NCBI GenBank assembly: GCA_905178155.1
Contig: CAJINV010000061.1
Location: 9,821 to 16,039, forward strand
DNA: 6,219 nt
Direction: 5' to 3'
Source: Amoebophrya sp. A120
Taxonomy: Eukaryota > Protista > Dinoflagellata
This document shows, piece by piece, positions 1 to 6,219 of the stretch (positions are counted from its first letter, which is position 1; every line of letters begins with the position of its first letter). Made by a program: the position numbers and the translations under genes. The notes beneath the pieces were generated by a model. The model was not told the DNA's origin. It was given only the letters and a program-made list of their open reading frames with translations, and did not search any database.

Positions 1-82
1 AACGTACCCACACCAGAGTCAGGATGGGGATTTTGCAACACAAACCTAGGAGTTTTGTGAGTCACGCATGACAAGTTGCACT
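1..82 (+). repeat. Exact 82-bp terminal direct repeat, copy 1
   Basis: Identical to 6138-6219. Confidence 0.98.
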
Positions 83-266
83 CTGCAGTGTAGTGCAGCT
101 TAGCAAGTGCAGCCGCGTCACAGATTTATCTGCTCATCCTGTTCACAGCATCACAAATTCCAAAACACGACTGGAAATGGCTCTCATGGAGATGCGCATT
201 ACAAGTCTTCCTGTCTTTGCAAATCTGCATTACAACTCTGGTGTGGGTACGTTTTTACTCAGGATA
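1..266. mobile_element. Element A, body and right TIR (lacks the first 13 bp of the left TIR at the window start)
   Basis: 1-19 is the reverse complement of 235-253. Right TIR is 235-266, ending ...CAGGATA. Five internal GCRTNACA-type motifs. Confidence 0.85.
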
Positions 267-267
267 G

Positions 268-307
268 CAGTCCTGCATGCTGCAGTCGGGGCTGCACGGG
301 GGAGCAG
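268..307 (+). CDS. Micro-exon (about 40 nt) between elements A and B
   Basis: GC-rich island between two TIRs. Reads QSCMLQSGLHGGA and joins in frame to the 530-805 ORF when 308-527 (GT..AG) is removed. Confidence 0.6.
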
Positions 308-310
308 GTT

Positions 311-525
311 TATCGCAAGAAAAAACTGTTTCACTGTAAACTTGTAATGCAGAAAGTGTATCTCAGAAGTGTTTGTCTTGCGTCACAGGCAAGACAGGCG
401 ATTTTTAGCTGTGTTTTCCCTTGGGATGAACCTCGCATGGTAAGTTTTCCCTGTCGTGTAGTAGAGCAAACTTGTGATGCAAAACTTGCAAAATGCTTAC
501 AGTGAAACACTTTTTTCGTACGATA
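311..525. mobile_element. Element B: 215-bp non-autonomous TIR element / introner with 5-bp target-site duplication AGGTT; predicted intron 308-527 (GT-AG)
   Basis: Left end TATCGCAAGAAAAAACTGTTTCACTGTAAAC vs reverse complement of right end TATCGTACGAAAAAAGTGTTTCACTGTAAGC (27/31). AGGTT at 306-310 and 526-530. Confidence 0.9.
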
Positions 526-527
526 AG

Positions 528-805
528 GTTTGAGCGACGGCATGACGGCGTACGAAGCCCCTGCTCCAGCTGAAACCGCCGCGGAAAAAAAGAAGAGGAT
601 TAAGAACCAGGTCGCGGCGCAGAAAGTGAAAGCGGGTCAACAAGAAAAATCTGCAAATGAGGAAGAGTCCTCAGTGGCGTCTTCGACCAAATCGACTAAA
701 TCGAAGACGAAAAGTGGAACATCCAAGTCCGGGAAAACGACGAAGACGAAAACGGCTTCGTCCGCCAAATCGAAAACCAAGACAAAAACGGGTTCCAAGA
801 AGTGA
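528..805 (+). CDS. Terminal exon encoding a basic K/S/T-rich tail (3' end of a gene, possibly the same gene that starts at 2654)
   Basis: Open frame GLSDGMTAYEAPAPAETAAEKKKRIK...KSKTKTKTGSKK ending in TGA at 803-805. Coding-like composition, followed by an abrupt switch to AT-rich sequence. Confidence 0.75.
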
Positions 806-2653
806 ACTGGTTGAGAAGTTTTTAAACCTTTGAAGATACTTCGTGCTAGTACCACAGACAGATTGCATTTTTCATCTCAATATACACATACAATTTTTTA
901 TTCGCAGATACTGACTTACTACACTTTTGACAATTTTAACTTACTTGACAGATATTCGAAGAAATTCTATCCCGTTTCACTTTTGACAGATGCAAATTAC
1001 CTTTTCAGATTTTAGCCAAGGACAAACCGAGAATTGCTTCCACGTTTCACAAGGCACAGTTTTTGTACAGTTCGGAGGTACTCGAGTTTCACTCTCAGAA
1101 AAACACATGTGTACTGTTTTAGCAAAAAACTATCGAAGGTTTCTTTTTGTAATACGGAAATTGAAACAACACGACTAGAAGTCAGGTTACTATTTCCACA
1201 AGCACACTCTGAATTTTCCAAAAATTATCCAACTTTTGATCTGCCTGTACAATGTAGTTTCGCTTTGACAGCGTGGTAATAGAAGAAAGGTTCGTTTTAT
1301 TTCCGCCACAGACACAATTCTTCCCGACAGTAGTAGCATTTTCAACGACAGAAAGAGGCTGAGGTTCTTCTTCCAATCGCCTGCTAAGTAGTAATCGCGT
1401 AAATTTAAATTTTATCAACGGAACAATTTCAACATCATACACCTTATGGTTTTGTCTTAAACTTTCGATATCAGTTTTGTTACGAAGAACTTGATTATGT
1501 ATACGCCTTGTCCACTTCTTTTTCGACTACAACATGTAAATTATCGCTTTTGAACAAGATGAACGTACTTACAAAGTTGCAGAGATAGTTTTTCGTTTTA
1601 GATTTGGTGACCATAAATGCAGCAGTACTGGTAGACCACTTGCACAGAATGTTTGAACAACAAAAAAAAGCGCCACCTTCGGGGCTGTTTGTCGGCTCTA
1701 GTATCTCGGCTGCTCTGCAAGAACTTCTGTTTGTTGTTCGCAAGGTGTGCTTGAGTTGTCAACAAAAGGAAATCGTGTCTGCGAGCAGTGAGCATCTATG
1801 TGAGTCAACTATTTCGGTTCTAGGACAACTATTCATCATACGACACAGCCGCGGGCAAGAAAGGACTACTGATACGCATAATTTCGAACATGATAAACAA
1901 ACAGTTCTTTGGATCAAAAGCGAGAAATCCTCCAAATACAGATCTTGGGAAGAAATCGCCGGTCTTGGTCTTCATCCGTGAGATCATAGTTCAGAAGTCG
2001 GTTTTATTCTCGAAAATTTGATCAATGTGAAAAAGAATAAAAATCCGATCGTCGTGTCCGAAAATAATGCTTGTGCACAGGTCTTGGTGCAGTTCTGAGA
2101 AAGCCCCCAAATTTATCCTTGACCACTTCGTGCTGACAAAAAATCTAGAAATTGACACATAATACAACTCAATTCCGCTTACAGCAGCTTTCATCGCGAG
2201 AAACCAAGTGCGATTCGATAAAACATTTATAGTTTTTCCACACAACTTTTTTACACGCCTTTCAAACACAAACACTTCTACTGGAAAGCACGATTATTAC
2301 GTAGTAGCGTCAACACCCGCTTAATAGTATTTACACTACAGATAGGGCGGAAATAGACACAAGCGTTGTTTAGAAATTTTCTTCCAACTACGAGCTAAAT
2401 CTGTCAATAAATTGTCGTACAAGTTTACAAACATTCATAAGGATAGTACGAATCCACTCGAGTAGTTCTAACCTGAGACCGAATAGGAAACTATACATTT
2501 GTGCACATTTACCAGTAGAAACACAGACATCCTCTCGTAAAAAGAAAATAGCTGTACTACCTGTACAAATCATACACTAAAAATCTGGTAAAAGCCTGGA
2601 ATTATCGTTGGTTACTACTTCTTGGTGTTACTTAATCTCATTTCATCGAAAAA

Positions 2654-4437
2654 ATGTTTTCCAAACTCGTAGTCCTTTTTACCGCCACGGTGGTGCAAAC
2701 GTCTTTGAGCTCCGGCAGCGGGGGAGGTCACGAGACGACCGGCCCCGGCTCGAGTAAGACGAGGAGAGGTGGTCGCAGAGGACACCAGCACCCGAAAGGG
2801 GCCGCAAACAGTGGCTCCAGCTCCTCCTCGTCCTCCTCTCGTCCCCTACTGCCTCCGTCCGCTCTCATCCCCGGCACGCAAGGCATTGTCGCGGATGAAG
2901 CTACTGCGAGGTTGATGGGATACGATGGGGGGTACCACCCCGGGAAAGGTACCTGCCCGAAGGGAAAGGGGAGTGGACGACAGGGGCAGGAGCATCGGTC
3001 CTCTGCAGAACACCGACAGGGCCTCCTGCAGGGCGTCCCGGCGGTTGCGGCAGCCGGAAATACTGTTCCGCACCGTCCCCCCGTTGTGGTTTCGGTTGCA
3101 GCAGCGCTAGAGCAGCAAGGCCAGCACGGCGGCGGTGAAAATCAGGTGCCTGCTATTGGAGCGACGGACACTGGCGATGCTGGCTACCTGTTCCAACATC
3201 CACTGGCGGCACAACAGGCTCTCGTGCAGGCGGTGCAACCACCCATGCAGCAGATGCAGCAGTCGCAACAGATGCAGCAGGCGCAACAAATGCAGCAGTC
3301 GCACCCAGGTGTAGGTCCAGCTGCAGCTCCGCAAGGTGTCCTTGCTGTGCCGACGGTCGTGCCAATGCAACCTGGTGTTGCCGTGCCGATGGGCAACATG
3401 CAAACCGTTCTGACACATTTCACCGGTTGGACCAGCGCACTGAATCCTGTTCCCGCGACAGGAGTGGTTCCAGCGGCTGCTCAACATCCTGTGATGCAAC
3501 AGCAGCAACAACAGCAGCAGCAGCAGAAACAGCAGTCTAATACTGTCCCCCCAGCAGCCGTGGGAGTTGCCATTCCTGGCGTCGGAACAACAACTACGAT
3601 GCGACATCCACCCCCACCACCACCCGCACCGCCAGTACTTGTGCCAACTCTTTTGGCAACGGAAAGCCATGATGGAAAAAATGTGGCACAGCAGCAACAG
3701 CAGAATGTGTTCCAGCAGCAACCACCTTCCGTCCAGCCCTGCAACCACCACAATTGGGCAGATTCGAAAACACCTGTCAGTGGTGCTACGACTAGCTGCG
3801 AACACTCTCAATCGAAACCAACGCCACTAAATTCCCAGGCGTCCTGTTCCTCCTCCGATAACCACTCTGTCAAGTCAGACCGATATTCCAGGCGCGCGAT
3901 GGAGCGGCAGGCTCGTGCAGCAGAGAGAATTGCCTCGGGAAAAAATAAACTTCCTGACCCTCTGCCGGTCGGGCAGCTACCGAGGGAAGTACAGAGCCAG
4001 AGGACTGCTCCTTCTATGGTGAGTGTTCCCGAGGTGACTGTCGCGAGCACTGGTCGTGGGACCGCAACCTCTGCACCTGCAGGAAATATTAAAAATACAT
4101 CCGAGGCACCCGCTCCCACGACAGAAAATAACTCTTCTGGGTTTACCGGCCCGATGTGGTTTCGCAAAGACGCAATTCCACTCCCGGATAAGGGCGTCGC
4201 GAGTGCAGAGCCTGTCTCGAAAGGCTTCGCACAGCACGTCCAAGGCAAGCGTTGCCCCCGGATCTGCAAGTACATGCACAAACCGGGCGGGCCGTCGTGT
4301 AAGGACGGAAAAGATTGCGACTTCTGCCACCTCTGCCCCCGACCGGGGAGAACGGAAAGTGGGAAGCTCGAGACCTGGGGGTCTGACCAGCCAGTGAGGC
4401 GGAATGCGGACGGGAGTTCCCGGTGGAAAGGGTACTA
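2654..4437 (+). CDS. Exon 1 of a large low-complexity protein (putative signal peptide, Q/P/A/S-rich, CCCH-like zinc finger)
   Basis: ATG at 2654 in an AAAAATG context with a sharp rise in GC content. About 595 codons without a stop, hydrophobic N-terminus MFSKLVVLFTATVVQTSLS. Protein character changes abruptly after ...RWKGYY, where TIR element C begins. The 3' boundary can slide within the TACTA repeat (4432-4437). Confidence 0.85.
3245..3301 (+). repeat. Coding degenerate 9/18-bp repeat (MQQMQQSQQMQQAQQMQQS)
   Basis: Repeated ATGCAGCAG units separated by NCGCAACAR. Confidence 0.8.
3497..3535 (+). repeat. CAG/CAA poly-glutamine tract (Q10-K-Q2)
   Basis: Directly visible trinucleotide run in frame. 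Confidence 0.9.
4235..4339 (+). other. CCCH(C3H1)-like zinc-finger motif
   Basis: HVQGKRCPRICKYMHKPGGPSCKDGKDCDFCHLCP resembles the H-x-G-x-C-x2/3-C...C-x2-G-x2-C-x-FCHLC motif I recognise from dinoflagellate proteins annotated as C3H1-type. Recognition is from memory, not a profile search. Confidence 0.65.
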
Positions 4438-4699
4438 TATGCATTGCAAATATGTCTGGGCCTGGAAGAGTGTAACTTGTCATGCTACATCTGGATCGTG
4501 GAAAAATCTGTGTTGCATGATTACCGAAAGAGATCCACTTTTGAACAAGTTTAGAGGCAGTTTCTCATGCAGGAAGGGCATGATAGAGATCTCACAGAAC
4601 CTGTCATGCTAGGCCGTGCATGGCAGACCGCGTGTGTCATGGAAAACCTGCATGACAAACCTACCAATCTTCCAGACCCAGACATTTTTGCATTTGATA
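4438..4699. mobile_element. Element C: 262-bp TIR element / introner with 5-bp duplication TACTA; predicted 267-nt non-canonical intron
   Basis: Imperfect inverted repeat of about 48 bp (TATGCATTGCAAATATGTCTGGGCCTGGAAGAG...CTTGTCATGC vs rc TATCAAATGCAAAAATGTCTGGGTCTGGAAGAT...TTTGTCATGC). TACTA at 4433-4437 and 4700-4704. It contains the only in-frame stop (TAG 4610-4612) separating two same-frame ORFs. Confidence 0.9.
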
Positions 4700-4704
4700 T
4701 ACTA

Positions 4705-5792
4705 CGAATCGAAGCAGTATGGAAAGATGGACGAGAATGTTGTAGCGCCGGAGGCGCAGCATCAGCAAGCTTCAGTGCCAAGGGCGCCGGGACCATCTAC
4801 TTCCTGGGAGATGATGCGGCACAACGACGCTAGGGCCAGGCAAGCGAAGCAAGCTGGTCGAAGTACTTCTTCTAGAACTATGGGGCCACAGCTTAGCAAC
4901 AGCAGTGCGGCTTCTTCTTCAACGGCGTCGAGCTCCGCAGCACGGTATCATCATCCAGGAACATCACGAAGGGGCAGTACAATTTCTACGGCAGCCTCTT
5001 CCAACGCAGGATCATCTTCCCGCGCGCCGTCTAGTTGTACAACAACTCGAAAGGCCGCCCGCTCTAGATCCAGATCGTCATCTCGTGATGAAAATAGGAA
5101 CAAGAAGATGAACATCAAGCGCAACAACGAGATGAAGGGTCGTCAACAGCGCTCGGTCTCTCCCAAGATGAGCAGAAATGAACATCAACAACGACAGCCG
5201 GTGAAGGACGTTGTTGAACCAACAGCAGCCGCCAGTTCCGCCGCGGCCTCAAGTGCGGCCTCAAGTGCGAGTGTGATCGCGGAATACGACCGAAATCACG
5301 TCCCGACGAAGCGTCTTCTATCTGACAGGATTAACGCCTTGTGCCTAGACAGGCCGAGGTACGAGAAAAGTAAAGAGGCGGATAGTATATTCGGGCAGAG
5401 GTGTAAACCTAAAGAGGCAGGCAGCCGTTCTTCGTCCAGCAGTTCCTCTTCGGGGTTAGAAACGGACACGGAGGACGAAAGTTCTTGTGACGGTAAAGTG
5501 GACGACGTCCAGGAGGCTGTAGTTCAAGATGCGAAAGCGCATGAAATGGAACAGGGAGCAGGTCGTGCAGAGGAAATTAAAGCCCCGACGGCGCCCTCAC
5601 AGGTGGAAACAACTTCTACAATTCCCACAAGAACTTTAGACGCGGAAACAAGTAAAGACCAGAAGAAACAGGCGTTGTTGGAGAAGTTCAACAAGCAGTA
5701 TCCTCCGCCACAATCACAAAGCCAAAAGGACCGCGTGCCAACCCCCTGGGAGCTTGTCGCAGGAAGAAGAAATCTTCGTAGGGGTGGGAAAG
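4705..5792 (+). CDS. Exon 2 of the same gene (S/A/R-rich low-complexity region)
   Basis: Same frame as exon 1. Removing 267 nt between the TACTA repeats gives ...RWKGYYESKQYGKMDENVV... The exon ends at AAAG|GTACGG, a canonical donor at the start of element D. Confidence 0.8.
5243..5269 (+). repeat. Coding 12-bp tandem duplication GCGGCCTCAAGT x2
   Basis: Two exact copies plus GCG, encoding AASS repeats. Confidence 0.85.
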
Positions 5793-5793
5793 G

Positions 5794-6045
5794 TACGGAT
5801 TGCAAAAATGTCTGCGTCTGGAATAGAACAAACTTGTGATGCGTATTTCAGAACACAGAAAAATCTCTCATGCATAGGTAGCAAAAGCTGCCCACTTTTT
5901 CTCACCAAAATGGGGGATTTGTCATGCCGATTCGGCATTGCGGAAGCTTCTCGAAACTTGTAATGCTAGAGCTTCCATGCCAGACTTTCTGCGTCATGCA
6001 AAAACAGCATGGCTCCTCTGGACCCAGACATTTTTGCATTTGATA
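5794..6045. mobile_element. Element D: 252-bp TIR element / introner, same family as C, 5-bp duplication AAAGG; predicted intron 5793-6049 (GT-AG)
   Basis: Left TACGGATTGCAAAAATGTCTGCGTC vs rc of right TATCAAATGCAAAAATGTCTGGGTC. AAAGG at 5789-5793 and 6046-6050. The last 25 bp are identical to the last 25 bp of C. Confidence 0.9.
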
Positions 6046-6049
6046 AAAG

Positions 6050-6123
6050 GGAATTCTCAGCGTCACCACTACAATACCGACCACTGCTCTCCGCTCGTCT
6101 TCGCGATGAATTTGGAGCCCAGT
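6050..6123 (+). CDS. Exon 3 (74 nt) between elements D and A
   Basis: Removing GT..AG intron 5793-6049 gives ...RRGGKGNSQRHHYNTDHCSPLVFAMNLEPS with no stop. The frame then meets the TIR of element A (AGT|GTATCC). Confidence 0.7.
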
Positions 6124-6124
6124 G

Positions 6125-6219
6125 TATCCTGAGTAAAAACGTACCCACACCAGAGTCAGGATGGGGATTTTGCAACACAAACCTAGGAGTTTTGTGAGTC
6201 ACGCATGACAAGTTGCACT
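6125..6219. mobile_element. Element A, left part (truncated by the window end)
   Basis: 6125-6156 TATCCTGAGTAAAAACGTACCCACACCAGAGT is the perfect 32-bp reverse complement of 235-266 and has the same TATC terminus as B/C/D. Confidence 0.85.
6138..6219 (+). repeat. Exact 82-bp terminal direct repeat, copy 2
   Basis: Identical to 1-82. Confidence 0.98.

Noticed and set aside
1-82. Terminal direct repeats as LTRs or viral/phage termini; short repeats as a CRISPR array
   Set aside because: The repeat lies inside TIR element A, there are no gag/pol, capsid or Rep-like ORFs, and there is no regular repeat-spacer pattern.
93-543. ORFs 93-347, 107-505, 331-543 and those at 5714-6211
   Set aside because: They run through non-coding TIR elements and show no coding character. 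Only the short inter-element segments fit the spliced frame.
927-988. TTGACA hexamers as bacterial -35 boxes
   Set aside because: The context is eukaryotic, with no convincing -10 boxes or prokaryotic gene structure.
1131-1470. TATCGAAGGTTT at 1131 and its near-inverse ending ...CTTTCGATA at 1470 as a fifth element
   Set aside because: Only about 12 bp of complementarity, no 5-bp flanking duplication, no G-N-AAAAA block and no internal motif.
806-2653. Short ORFs on both strands (e.g. 1604-1981 +, 1991-2275 -, 1182-1442 -) as a gene or transposase remnant
   Set aside because: No recognisable motif, AT-rich, and no consistent strand or frame. A degenerate or multi-exon gene cannot be fully excluded without a translated search.
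2846-4483. Overlapping antisense and alternate-frame ORFs (Cys-rich, Leu-rich)
   Set aside because: These are shadows of the GC-rich, CAG-repeat-rich sense CDS.
4438-4699. C-terminal ~58 aa of the 652-aa ORF and N-terminal ~28 aa of the 407-aa ORF as real protein, or stop-codon readthrough / reassigned TAG at 4610-4612
   Set aside because: This stretch is exactly the TIR element with flanking duplication. The long exons contain many Gln codons and no TAA/TAG, which argues for the standard genetic code.

Overview
Eukaryotic genomic DNA, most consistent with a dinoflagellate or Syndiniales (Amoebophrya-like) source; this is inferred from the zinc-finger type and intron architecture, not from a search. 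The main content is one + strand gene starting at 2654 (signal-peptide-like N-terminus, Q/P/A/S-rich low-complexity body, one CCCH-like zinc finger). The coding sequence in this window is interrupted by four short (about 215-280 bp) non-coding elements with terminal inverted repeats (TIRs): B 311-525, C 4438-4699, D 5794-6045, and A, which appears as two halves at 6125-6219 and 1-266. B, C and D are each flanked by a perfect 5-bp direct repeat (AGGTT, TACTA, AAAGG), and removing the element plus one repeat copy restores the reading frame each time, so they look like transposon-derived introns (introners). All four share a terminal consensus TATC-N4-G-N-AAAAA and a repeated internal motif ACTTGTNATGC, and A lies in the opposite orientation to the others. 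The first and last 82 bp of the window are identical. Joining the ends completes element A and gives one continuous spliced ORF of about 1087 aa ending at 805, so the window may be a collapsed tandem unit or a 6137-bp circle, although two separate copies of A are not excluded. Region 806-2653 is AT-richer and has no recognisable gene.
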